Positions 24,272-45,853 are shown, numbered from the stretch's first letter. The stretch: 64,000 nt of DNA from Eledone cirrhosa (GCA_964016885.1 OZ024743.1:184822001-184886000), one strand, 5' to 3'. Numbers and translations are program-made. The notes: generated from the letters alone by a model not told the origin.

Positions 24272-25759
24272 AGTTTAGCGTAAAAGTTGGCGTCCATCAG
24301 GGCTCTGTTCTCAGCCCCCTACTATTTATTATTGCCCTTCAGGCTATAACAGAGGAGTTCAAGACAGGCTGCCCATGGGAACTCCTATACGCAGACGACC
24401 TGACACTCATAGCGGAATCAATGGCCGAGCTAGAGAAGAAATTCCAAACATGGAAGCACGGCCTAGAGTCAAAAGGACTTAAAATTAACCTGGCTAAGAC
24501 CAAAGTTCTAGTTTGTAGGAAAGAAAACAAGGCGGCGGTCCCTTCTGGGAAATGGTCGTGCTTGGTGTGTAGGAAAGGCGTAGGTAGAAACTCCATTTTA
24601 TGTCCTAAATGCAAAGTATGGGTGCACAAAAGATGTAGTGGGATCACAGGTAAGCTAACTAAGAACATAGATTTTACATGTGGCCGGTGTTCTGGTGCAA
24701 TAAGTAGCAGCAAGTGCCCACAAAATACTAGCTCTTTCAATTGCGCAGAGGGTTCTATAGAAATAGTGGACAGCTTCCGTTACCTGGGCGATAAAATCAG
24801 CAGTGGGGGAGGGTGCTCTGAAAGTACTGTAGCTAGAGTCAGAACTGGTTGGAAAAAGTTCAGAGAGCTTATACCACTATTAGCTGCTAAAGGGTTCTCC
24901 CTAAAAATGAAAGGCAGGTTGTATGATGCCTGCATACGAACAGCAATGTTGCATGGCAGTGAGACCTGGGCATTGTGTCCAGAGGATATACGCAGACTAG
25001 AGAGGAACGAAGCTTGCATGCTCCGCTGGATGTGTAACAGTAATATACGTGAACGGCAAAGCAGAAACGAACTAAGGAAAAAATTAGAGATAAGAGGGAT
25101 CAGATGTTGTTTACTCGAGAGAAGGCTGCGTTGGTATGGACACGTGATGCGCATGAAAGTCGATAGCTGTATAACAAAGTGCAGGGCAATAAAGATAGAC
25201 GGTAGTCACGGAATAGGCAGACCTAGAAAAACCTGGGACGAGCTGATAAACTCCGACATCACACACTTACACCTCTCCAAGACAATGTCACTGGACCGAG
25301 ACCTTTGGCGGTACTCAGTAACAGAGAAGACCCGCCTTACCTAAATATATATAGTAAAACCTACTCCAGCCAGTAGGCATCTCTAACAAAATACACCCCC
25401 CCCCCCCCACCCCATCCACACCACCCCGTTCTATGTAAAGTTATGTTGGTGCCGCTCCATCCAGGCCGAAACAAATGAGATCGTGTAGGCCGAAACAAAT
25501 GATATCGTGTAGGTGTCACGACAAAAAAACACACAGTCCACGCTGTAATGTGGCCGTGTAGGCAACACGGTAAAAACCTCCCAGACCCACACTGTAAATA
25601 TGGTTGATGTTAGGAAGGGCATCCAACTGTAGAAAACCTGCCAGACAGTCCTATGCGAGCAAGACAATCACTCTTGCCTCAAGTGGGACTACCCCCGTCC
25701 AAACCCATGCAAGCGTGGAACACGGGACGTTAAACGTTGATGATGATGATGATGATGAT
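24272..25759 (+). mobile_element. 5'-truncated RTE LINE (subfamily C)
   Basis: HQGSVLSP, LYADD and PHD in an open frame to 25344 (...VTEKTRLT*), then 3' UTR and (GAT)n tail; near-identical to the reverse complement of 61943-63415. Confidence 0.93.
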
Positions 25760-33059
<7,300 letters not shown>

Positions 33060-33060
33060 T

Positions 33061-33200
33061 TCGTTTCTGAATTTGTTTAGCAAGATTCTTTATCTGAAAT
33101 CGTGTGTTATACTTTGTGAGGGTCATGTTGCCAATAAGAAACACACGCACCAGTTGCTTTCACTTCAATTTATTATATATTTATGAATTTATAAATTTCT
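33061..33200. repeat. Unclassified repeat fragment (second copy 38989-39085), possibly a Penelope pLTR end
   Basis: 60-bp identical block gagggtcatgttgccaataagaaacacacgcaccagttgctttcacttcaatttattata at 33118-33177 and 38989-39048, each close to a TA tract. Confidence 0.6.
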
Positions 33201-33203
33201 GAA

Positions 33204-33393
33204 GGGCGGTGGATTGGCAGTATCGGTAGAGGGTCGGACGACATGCTTTCCAGCATAGTTATGTCCCTTTACGATCTGAGTTCAAATCCCGCCGAGGTTG
33301 ACTTTGCCTTTCATCCTTACGGGGTCGATAAAATAAAGTACCAGTAATGCACTGGATAATTGCTGGCCTTGTGCCTAAGGTAGAAACAATTAT
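33204..33393 (+). mobile_element. tRNA-derived SINE with Meta-type central domain
   Basis: A box TGGCAGTATCGG and B box GAGTTCAAATCC. Core gccgaggttgactttgcctttcatccttacggggtcgataaaataaagtaccag resembles the MetaSINE domain. Confidence 0.8.
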
Positions 33394-33649
33394 ATATACA
33401 TATATTATATATATATATTATATATATATATATACATATATATTATATATACATATATATTATATATACATATATATTATATATATATATTATATATACA
33501 TATTATATATACATATATATTATACATATATATTATATATACATATATATTATATATATATATTATATATACATATTATATATACATATATATTATACAT
33601 ATATATAATATATATATACATATATATATATTATATATATATATACACA

Positions 33650-33688
<39 letters not shown>

Positions 33689-33823
33689 TTATATATATAT
33701 ATATATACATATATTATATATATATACATATATATTATATATATATATATATACATATATTATATATATATATATACATATATTATATATATATATATAC
33801 ATATATTATATATATATATATAC

Positions 33824-33864
<41 letters not shown>

Positions 33865-34947
33865 CTACAACGCGAGGACCAAAAAGGTGAGGTGTTCAGG
33901 ATTGCTAGGCAATGTGTCAAGGAAAACCGTGATATTGTCGGGGAGAAGTGTGTACTTAACGATGATGGCGTACTTGCCATCACTGACGCTGATAAGAAAG
34001 TAGCTTGGAAGTGTCACTACGAAAGGCTACTAAATGAGGAAAATAAATGGGAGAAAGACAGTCTCCCCCACATCGAGCCAATAGAGGGACCAGCAGTGTT
34101 AGTTGAAGGTAGTATAATAAGTAAGGCAATAAAAGATATGAAGACGGGTAAGGCGGCTGGGCCTTCGGAAATAGTTGCTGAGATGCTGAAAGCATCTGGA
34201 ACGGTGGGACACACCATGGTCACCCGGATAGTAAACCAAGTCATACAGAATGGGGTTGTTCCGAAGGACTGGCGTAGCAGCATCATCGTTAACTGTTACA
34301 AGGGTAAAGGAGACGCCCTAGATAGGAGTAACTATAGAGGCATTAAATTAATCGACCAGGTCATGAAAGTCATGGAAAAAGTAATAGCGCAACTAATCAG
34401 AGAGAGAATTGATCTAGATGAAATGCAGTTCGGGTTTGTGTCAGGCAAAAGTACCACAGACGCTCTTTTCATTGTACGACAACTACAGGAGAAGTACCTA
34501 GCTAAAAGTAAACCCCTATACTTAGCTTTTGTCGACTTGGAGAAAGCCTTCGACAGAGTCCCCCGTTCCATTATCTGGTGGGCTCTTAGAAAACTAGGTG
34601 TTGACGAATGGCTTGTGAGAGCTATACAAGCCATGTATAAAGAAACAGTCAGCAAGGTTAGAATTAACAACGAATATAGTGAAGAGTTTAGCGTAAAAGT
34701 TGGTGTCCATCAGGGCTCTGTTCTTAGCCCCCTACTATTTATTATTGCCCTTTAGGCTATAACAGAGGAGTTCAAGACCGGCTGCGCATGGGAACTCCTA
34801 TACGCAGATGATCTAACACTCATAGCTGAATCAATGGCCGAGCTAGAGAAGAAATTCCAAACATGGAAGCACGGCCTAGAATCAAAAGGCCTTAAAATTA
34901 ACCTGGCTAAGACTAAAGTTCTAGTTTGTAGGAAAGAAAACAAGGCG
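33865..34947 (+). mobile_element. RTE subfamily C internal RT fragment
   Basis: ORF 33892-34755 (NYRGIKL, QFGF, DLEKAFD, HQGSVLSP); premature TAG at 34753; LYADD follows downstream. Confidence 0.92.
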
Positions 34948-35232
34948 CTTGCATGGGTTTGGACGCGGGCAGAGTGATTGTCTTGCAAGAGTGATTGTCT
35001 TGCTCGCATAGGACTGTCTGGCGGGTTTTCTACAGCTGGATGCCCTTCCTAACACCAACCACATTTACAGTGTGGGGCTGGGAGGTTTTTACCATGTTGC
35101 CTACACGGCCACATTACAGCGTGGACTGTGTGTTTTTTGTCGTGACACCTACACGATCTCATTTGTTTCGGCCTAGATGTTGTGGCCCCAACATAACTTT
35201 ACATTGAAAGGGGCGGTGTGGATGGGGTGGGG
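34946..35232 (-). mobile_element. RTE subfamily C 3' UTR, inverted and lacking its tail
   Basis: Reverse complement of 25400-25716. Confidence 0.85.
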
Positions 35233-35298
35233 ATACACATATACATATATATATATATATAAATATACATATACATATATATACATATACATATATAC

Positions 35299-35329
<31 letters not shown>

Positions 35330-35330
35330 C

Positions 35331-35361
<31 letters not shown>

Positions 35362-35607
35362 CATATATATATACATATATACATACATATATACATATAT
35401 ATATACATACATATATACATATATATATACATATATATATACATATATACATACATATATACATATATATATACATATATACATATATATACATATATAT
35501 ATACATATATACATATATATTATATATATACATATATATTATATATATACATATATATTATTTATATACATATATACATATATACATATTATATGTATAC
35601 ATATATA

Positions 35608-35834
35608 TTACTCAGCTGTAGAAATGAGATGATAGGGACTGAGGTCCCTAAAATTCCACTGCAAAGTGGTCGTGGAGGTGCCACGGCAAAAAAGCACCCA
35701 GCACTCACTGTAAATGAGGTTGGTGTTAGGAAGGGCATCCAGCTGTAGAAATCAAGCCAGAATCAGTTCCCGTCCTACCCTTGCAAGCAGGGAAAAGTGG
35801 ACGTAAAATGAAATGATGATGATGAAATGATGAT
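35608..35834 (+). mobile_element. 5'-truncated CORE-type SINE
   Basis: Matches 1850-2070, including the gatagggac...gtcccta hairpin and the tail. Confidence 0.85.
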
Positions 35835-38250
<2,416 letters not shown>

Positions 38251-38257
38251 ACTGAGC

Positions 38258-38370
38258 TTGGTGTTAGGAAGGGCATCCAGCTGTAGAAATCAAGCCAGAA
38301 TCAGTTCCCGTCCCACCCTTGCAAGCAGGGAAAAGCAGACGTAAAAAATGATGAAAAAAAAAATATATAC

Positions 38371-38407
<37 letters not shown>

Positions 38408-38649
38408 CATATATATATACATCATCATCATCATGTTCCACGCTTGCATGGGTTTGAACGGGAGTTTTCCCACTTGAGGCAAGAGTGGTTGACATTGCTC
38501 GCATAGGACTGTCTGGCAGGTTTTCTACAGCTGGATGCCCTTCCTAACACCAACCACATCTACAGTGTGGGGCTGGGAGGTTTTTACCGTGTTGCCTACA
38601 CGGCCACATTACAGCGTGGACTGTGTGTTTTTTTGTCGTGACACCTACA
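38258..38649. mobile_element. Tail-to-tail SINE 3' end (38258-38353, +) and RTE-C 3' UTR (38420-38649, -)
   Basis: Similar to 1963-2055 and to the reverse complement of 25508-25750. Confidence 0.8.
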
Positions 38650-38684
38650 TTATATACATATATATTATATATATACATATACAC

Positions 38685-38725
<41 letters not shown>

Positions 38726-39094
38726 TAAATATTAGCGAGAATCGAATTTCAGCTCAGGTATAACGAAAAACACTTCCGAGTTGTGTGGCAAGCGCTCGAT
38801 AATTCATATGAATTAGAGCTTACAACTTACGTTAAAGGCCAAACACACTGAGATGGCGGTTAAACTAATCATCCGCACAGCGAATAATCGACCGCCTAAT
38901 TCGGGTCAAACAGATATACAAATATAAAAATATATAAAAATATACATGGTTGAAAAAATATATATATATATATATTGTTATAGTTTGGGAGGGTCATGTT
39001 GCCAATAAGAAACACACGCACCAGTTGCTTTCACTTCAATTTATTATAAATTAAATTTATAAATTTAGGAATTTATAAATTTCCGGTTGGTTGG

Positions 39095-39294
39095 TTGGGT
39101 CTCCCCACTCCGCGGTTTCCATCGACTTCTAGTGCTTTGCACCTTCATACGCATCACATGTCCATACCAACGCAATCGCCTCTCCTGCACACAACATTTG
39201 ATTCCTCTTATGCTCAATCTCTCAATTTGTTTATTCCTTGCCGTTCACGTATATTACTATTACACATCCATTCGAGCATGCAGGCTTCGTTTCT
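39095..39294 (-). mobile_element. RTE subfamily B internal fragment
   Basis: Reverse complement of 13900-14118 with a small internal deletion. Confidence 0.85.
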
Positions 39295-39303
39295 TATATA
39301 TAG

Positions 39304-39330
<27 letters not shown>

Positions 39331-39334
<4 letters not shown>

Positions 39335-40640
39335 TGGAAAAGTAAGAAATCGGAGAATAGACCGTTAAAACATGTTTATTTAAAACAGTACCTACGTACG
39401 TTTCGCCCAGTTGGGCTTCTCAAGGGCATAAATATCCAAAAGTGTTCCTTACATTGCTCGGAAAGAGTTTTTGGGGTTAAATTCACGTCAAGGTTCATTG
39501 CTCGCAAAAATAGCTTGTTTTGATTTTGCAGCAGGTTAAGGGAGGTAACTCTGGCCGGTGTTAGGGCAGTCTTTCCCGGACACATTTTTATCCGTTACAA
39601 GATGAGGTTACAACCTTACCATTGTCGATACGCACAGGGTCATGTAACCAACGCTTATTTTGAGATGTTTGTGTTTCCGCATCTGTTTGTCTGGGTCATT
39701 TGAAGCTGGGTCTGGTATGCATGGTTAGTTTCCTGGGTGTTAAAACTTGTTGCAGGGAGATCAGGTGCACGGTTTCACTCCTCATCCTTAACCCATCTGA
39801 AGAAGGATATTTTTAAGCGATGTGTACAACTTATCGCTGTTTCAGCTCTGCTGTTGATGAGCTCGTGGGGTGCAGTTATGATGTGGTAGAGCTCCATGAG
39901 GCAAAGATCGCACTTCCTCTTGAAGTTGTACGGTGCAGCCCTGCCAACAATATCCCAGTGCGTGGAGAAGCTGATGTTTGAGTCCTTTAGTGATGTGATG
40001 TAGTCCGCGAGCGAAGTGGAGTGTCTTAGTTTTTTATTTGTGAAAGAGTGGAGATGTGTTCGAAACCTAATTTTGAACGGGCCGGAGGTAGCTCCTATAT
40101 AATGTTTAACGATATTGTGGCTAGTTACAATGCATCTATATATAACCCTATCAGTCAAGCAGTATCCTCTAAGGGGGCAGCGTCCTCTGTCGCGGCAGTT
40201 GCAATTTCTGTCGCGGTTCCATCTATTTCCCATGGTAAGGCTATCATTGTTGCTGCCTACGTTGTTACCTACGCTCCCGCAGCTGTCGTTAGCACAATTA
40301 CAACCCACAGCACGCGGGGTGGTGCGATTGTTATTCCGCACGTCATGTCCTGCATGTTCCCCAGTCATTTTGCGGTTATGCTGGTTGCGTCTGCGGAGGC
40401 CGTTGCCAGCAGTATTGGATGCTGCTAGGGAGTTGTTAAGGCCAATATAGTTATTGACAGGTGTAGGTGCGTCTGTGTCGAGGTGCTGTGTCTTGGTGAT
40501 CTTACTGTGGTTCGTTGTTCCTATGATGTCTGCTAGGTTAGGAGTAGTAGAGAAGGATATTTTTATATTGTTCCTATTAAGAATTTTTCTATGCCTATGG
40601 TTGGGCGGGAAGTTCTTCTCTAAGGCTTCGAATAAATATT
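39331..40640 (-). mobile_element. 5'-truncated Penelope-like element (GIY-YIG region + 3' pLTR)
   Basis: Minus frame YLFEALEKNFPPNHRHRKILNRNNIKISFSTTPNL. ORF 39775-40368 has CNCRDRGRCPLRGYCL, VIYRC...HYIGAT..FKIRF, CDLCLME and LINSRAE. Confidence 0.88.
39389..39428 (-). ncRNA. Minimal variant type I hammerhead in Penelope pLTR
   Basis: Minus strand TGCC-CTTGAGAA-GCCC-AACT-GGGC-GAAA-CGTACG-TA-GGTA: stems I and II pair, stem III is palindromic, GUA triplet; the core deviates from CUGANGA. Confidence 0.6.
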
Positions 40641-40754
40641 GACATACCCGGAAAAATAGACAACCTTAACGGTTGGAGCTTCCTGGATAGTAGGACTATC
40701 CAGGAAGCTCCAACTGTTAAGGTTGTCTTTTTTCCGGGTATGTCAATATTTATT
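40631..40754. repeat. Near-perfect 60/61-bp inverted repeat with 3-nt loop
   Basis: Arms 40631-40691 and 40695-40754 differ by one indel and one substitution. Confidence 0.95.
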
Positions 40755-40925
40755 TATAAACCAAATCTGTATTTTATCTGATGAAAGAGCACCAAAATTT
40801 ACCTTGGTTGCCCTTAAAATATGTATAATAAATATAGTTTCCATTTATTAATATATTGTATATATATATATATATATATATATACATACATACATACTTA
40901 TATATATATATATACATACTTATAT

Positions 40926-41138
40926 ATCCAGAGTTGACATTGCACTCAGTCCTCCTGTGGGAGCCCCTACATGGACACACTGGAAGAGGAAGACCAAGGT
41001 TAACGTATGTTGATGCCCTAAGGACAGACACTGGTCTGTTGGAGACGTAGGACATGGCAGCGATAATAAAGGACAGAGACCGCTGGAGAGAACTCGTCCA
41101 TGGATCTCGGGAATTTTACCCGCCCTAGATAGATAGAT
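40926..41138 (+). mobile_element. 3' end of RTE/RTE-X-like LINE with (ATAG)n tail
   Basis: [31 protein letters not shown]...DRDRWRELV; tagatagatagat tail. Confidence 0.8.
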
Positions 41139-41180
41139 ATATAATATATATACACAGATATATATATAATATATATACAT

Positions 41181-41509
41181 ATCATCATCATCACCGTTTT
41201 ATGTCCGTTCTTCCACTCTAGCATGGGTTAGATGGGTTGTCCTGTTGTGGGCAGTGTCCGGTCGGCTGACCTTGCTTTGCTCATACAGGAACTGATTCTG
41301 GCTTGATTTCTACAGCTGAATGCCCTTCCTAACACCAACCTCATTTACAGCGAGTGGTGGGTGCTTTTTTGCCATGGCACCTCCATGACCAGTGGAATGA
41401 TATGGACCCTAGTCCTATTATCTCATTTCTACAGCTGAGTAAACTGGAGCTATGTGAAATAAAGTGTCTTGCTCAAGGAAACAACACATCACCCTTGAGC
41501 AAGACACTT

Positions 41510-41513
<4 letters not shown>
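41181..41513 (-). mobile_element. 5'-truncated CORE-type SINE carrying an RTE-B-type terminus
   Basis: CORE-like segment matches 1815-1880; the 3' end matches 14430-14541; 21-bp fold-back at the truncation point. Confidence 0.8.
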
Positions 41514-41549
<36 letters not shown>

Positions 41550-41553
<4 letters not shown>

Positions 41554-42020
41554 AGCAGGAATGAAATATCAATATAGCATCCTTTAAATTTATTCACATA
41601 TGACGCACCTTTTGCAACGATCAGTTCACGGTACAATTGGTATTGATAGCACCCAACTCTGGAATCAATAGCTCATCAGACTTATAGATTCTATAGAGAA
41701 TGTAAATATCTGTGCAGTAATGTTATATACACTTAAGGCATTGCCAATTCCTAATCAGTTGTGGTGTCATGGTATCCATTGGATTTGATTGGTGTGGGTG
41801 GCAGTATTAGAAACAATGGAGGAAGAGACAAAGGAAGAATGCTGGCAATGTTTTCATTGATAGAATTAGTTCTTTGAAAATGTGGTGTACACCAAGGGGT
41901 TTATTGACTGGTTCCTGCTGGATAGGTCAATATGCTTATAACTATCGGTGCCTGAAATTGGCTCAGTGGTTTGGCTAACCTTAGACAGTGATTTGGGGTG
42001 AGTATTGTCTGTGTGGTTAA
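41550..42020 (-). mobile_element. Possible degenerate Penelope-like 3' end/pLTR
   Basis: Starts at a TA tract. On the minus strand CTGATGA is followed by a TATTGAT/ATCAATA stem (41641-41679), but there is no intact GAAA. Confidence 0.3.
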
Positions 42021-42141
42021 GATTCAACATTTTTTACCCCTATGCACATATACCTTTATAGATACATGTGTGTGTGTAGCCTGATATACTCTCACACGTA
42101 CATATACACACACACACCTAGACACATATATATACACACAT

Positions 42142-42293
<152 letters not shown>

Positions 42294-42349
42294 TTTCTCT
42301 TTACTTTTTTTTTTTACAAATTCATTGATATACTTTGCCATATGTTTCA

Positions 42350-42680
42350 ACACTTTGAAAGATAGAATAAAGTGTAAAAAGGTAAAGAGATATAATGAGA
42401 AAACAGAAGTGAGGGATATACTTCAAGAAATAGCAAAAATAAAGTGGAGGTGGAGCAGGACATTTAGCCAGAACAGAGGACAAGATGGATGGAAAGAACC
42501 ATGTTGTAGATGTTACAAGAGGGGTGGAGGAGGAGAGGCTGACAAGAGGAAATGGAAGGCTGACATTGAAGAACACATGAAAATAATTAGAGGAAGTACC
42601 ATGATCGGTTTGGACCAAAAATGGCAATGGAGAGGAAGAAAGAGAAGGGATATTAAGAAGGATACATCTAGTGGACTGCT
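42350..42680 (+). mobile_element. Highly degenerate RTE-like C-terminal fragment
   Basis: TLKDRIK...KTEVRDILQEIAKIKWRW resembles the RTE D(R/K)I.N..IR..T.V.DI....KW.WAGH region. Confidence 0.5.
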
Positions 42681-43169
42681 ATATTTTAAAGTAAAAAATA
42701 ATGATTTTTCAACTATATAGGTTATTAGCATACACAACATAACCAATATTTCATTGCCTTCTGTTCAAGAAAGAGAGCATTTGTCATTTCTGTCCCAGGA
42801 GAATAAAAGACAAGATCTCTTTGGATAGAATTCAGATGGAAGACAACAAAGTGTTCTATTATTAAAACTATATTTCATGACATAAGTAATATAACACAGA
42901 GCATTTAGAAATTATAGGAAATAAATCTGTATTTATTTCATGTTTATATATATATATATTTATATATATATATATACACACATTTTTTAATCCCCTTTGT
43001 AAGTGAAGATTCTGAAATTTTGATATTTGCAAATTTATGCAAACATCAAGGGTTTTTAGTGCTGGGTGACCTTCCCATAGACAACCAGACACGTGTATTG
43101 CTTAATAGTAGACTGCAATATTTGTAATAACATTTTGAGCCATTACCTATTGCTTAATATTCCATTATC

Positions 43170-43436
43170 TTAACACTTTTGTTACCATATTTCTAATGAA
43201 AGATACAACACTGCCAATGATTTTCAAATACTTTTGAAAATCATTAAGAATTTGGAGAGATTTTAGTAATATAACTTTCTCACTATTAAGCTGGTGTTTG
43301 GAGCATAACTTAAAGATTCTTGCATTAAATTATAATGGAAAGTTTTTAGATGAATAAAAGCATTTTAAAATAAACAACTTTAAAATAAACACTGAACCAC
43401 AGGTGGTTTCAGGCAGTTTGGTATCAGAAGGGCTAA
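43170..43436 (+). mobile_element. TTAA-MITE copy
   Basis: ttaacacttttgttacca ... tggtatcagaagggctaa. Confidence 0.7.
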
Positions 43437-43585
43437 CCAATATATTTCTTTAATTAAAAGTGCTGAAATAAAAATAAATAACTTTTTGAAATTTGAAATA
43501 AGGGAGAAATTTCTAAACAGTATTTAAATCATTTCCAGATTTTTCAAATTATTTTCATTGTTTTCATATCCAGTTTCAAATTTAA

Positions 43586-43901
43586 CCCTTTTGTTACCAT
43601 ATTTCTTACCAGATTTTCAAATAATTTTGAAAATAATCACGAATTTGGAAAGATTCAGTAATATAAGTGATGTACTCATTTTTAAGCTGGTCTTTGGAGA
43701 ATAACTTAAAGTTTCTTATATAAAATTATGATGAAAGGCTTTTAGATAAATAGGATATAAGCACTTTAAAAGAGGCAATTTTTTTTTATCACAGAACCAA
43801 TATCATAATAGAATGTTTTTAGATCAATATAAATACTTTAAAATAAACATCTTAGTATTGTAGAATCACAAGAGATTTCAGGTAGTTTGGTATCAAAAGA
43901 G
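43586..43901 (+). mobile_element. TTAA-flanked MITE (piggyBac-like ends)
   Basis: TTAA|CCCTTTTGTTACCA ... TGGTATCAAAAGAG|TTAA: 14-bp TIR with 2 mismatches, TTAA TSD. Confidence 0.8.
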
Positions 43902-44267
43902 TTAAGGCGAACTATACTTAAAAATCAATACATTTTATGGCAACAAATAAATTAAGGAAAAGAAGAAAAAAAGACTTGAAGAAACAAATACATGTAGACA
44001 TATGTGTTCATTATTGTAATGAGGCTATGCTCAGCTTGTAGGTGAAGGAGTGATGGTTAGGAAAGGGCACTTAGTTTTGGTAGTCAGGGTTATACTGGAT
44101 CTATAGGAGTTCTTTTGTGGCTATCTTGCATTTGTAAAGTGTATACCATTTTCCTCCTTTTTTCATTCATATGATTTCCATGTAACCTCCTACACATATT
44201 TTTAACCTCTCCATATAATATTTCCTCCTCTATTGCACTTGTGGCAATAAAGAAAAGTATTATTATT

Positions 44268-44480
44268 ATTGGCGGAATTGATAGAGTATTGAACAAAATT
44301 CTTTGCAGTATTTGTTCTGGTTCTTTATGTGCCAAGGTCAACTATGTCTTTCATTTTTTGGGGGGTTGATAAAATAAAGTATCAGTCAAGTCAATTTAAT
44401 TGATTTTCCCCTACCCACAAAATTGTTAGCCTTGTGTCTAAATTAGAACTCATCATCATTATTATTATTATTATTATTAT
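44268..44480 (+). mobile_element. Degenerate Meta-type SINE
   Basis: tggcggaattgatagag...gccaaggtcaact...gataaaataaagtatcag...gccttgtgtctaaattagaa, (ATT)n tail. Confidence 0.6.
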
Positions 44481-44858
44481 TAATCATAGTGTTGATCTTA
44501 ACTACCAGTATTTTTCTTCTTACTATTAATCTGAGATTAAAATAGGAATTATTATCATTATTATTAGCACTAACTCTTCACCAGAGATTGGATCTTTGAA
44601 TTGACCTGCACCACATTCCTTGCCATAATGTCTGTGAATTTCTCTTCAGGTCTTATTACAAATCATTGGAGATGGTGGTGGTAAAAACAATTTTTTTAGT
44701 TCCAGAAAATGAAGACATTGCATGTCATAAACGTCAAATATCTCAACCAGCCAACATTACTATTTAAATAAGTTTTATTCATAGAAGCCCATCATGTAGG
44801 TACGTGTGTGTGTGTATATATATATTATATATATATATAGATAGATATACACACACAC

Positions 44859-44897
<39 letters not shown>

Positions 44898-45262
44898 CAT
44901 GCTAGCGTGGAAGATGGACGTTAAACGATGATGATGATATGCATGTATATATGTGTGTCGGTATCTGTGTTTATGCATATGTCCCAGAACTTAGCAGTTT
45001 GACAAAAAGAGCTAGATAAAATAAATGACAGACTTAAAAAAAAAAAAGTATTTGGGTCGATAGGGTTGTCTAAAATCTCTTCAAGGTTGTTACCCAACAT
45101 GGTTGTAGTCTAATGATTGAAACCAGTAAAAGAAAATTATGATACATTAAAATGAATATGTTGAATTTCTGATGAGATTCAATTAATTTATCTCATTTGA
45201 AAGAATCTAATAAAGAGTGTGAACTAGTCTAATAAATTAGAAGTTCAATGACGTTATTGTTT

Positions 45263-45449
45263 TAACCCTTTTGGTACTAAACCACTATAAATTGCTACTG
45301 GTTCTGACTTCCATCATACTTTAATGTACAAAGCTTTGATATGTTATGTTTTAAACAACAGTCTAAATAATGAGATAGTGATAATTTTCAAGATGATTTG
45401 GAAATAATAAACAGTGGATTTCCTTAAAAATATTGTAAAGAGGGCTTAA
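45263..45449 (-). mobile_element. Degenerate TTAA-MITE copy
   Basis: ttaacccttttggtacta ... gtaaagagggcttaa; interior resembles the family's reverse complement. Confidence 0.5.
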
Positions 45450-45816
45450 AGTGGAATTTTCTAAAAATTGTCAACTGAGATATCACCAGATAAATTGACA
45501 AGATTAATAATTTAGAACAGTAGTGTGAAAGATTCTATTAATTTGGTGTGTGTGTGTGTGTATATATATATAAAAAATAATATAACATAATAATATATAT
45601 ATATATATATATTACTCTTATAGAATTCAAATTGTTGTGTTCCAAAAATCCCAATACATATTTAAATTAAATAACATATAGAAAGGAACAAACGGAAAAT
45701 ATATATTCAATATAAAAATGTATTTCTATGTTAAAATATTCTGTTTCCATTCATTCTCTCTCTGTGAGAAATCTTTCTGTATCTAATTTACTGGTTGTAG
45801 TAAAACCAATTTTTAA

Positions 45817-45853
<37 letters not shown>

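Noticed and set aside
40778-40800. CTGATGA motif next to the long hairpin
   Set aside because: No stem II or downstream GAAA.
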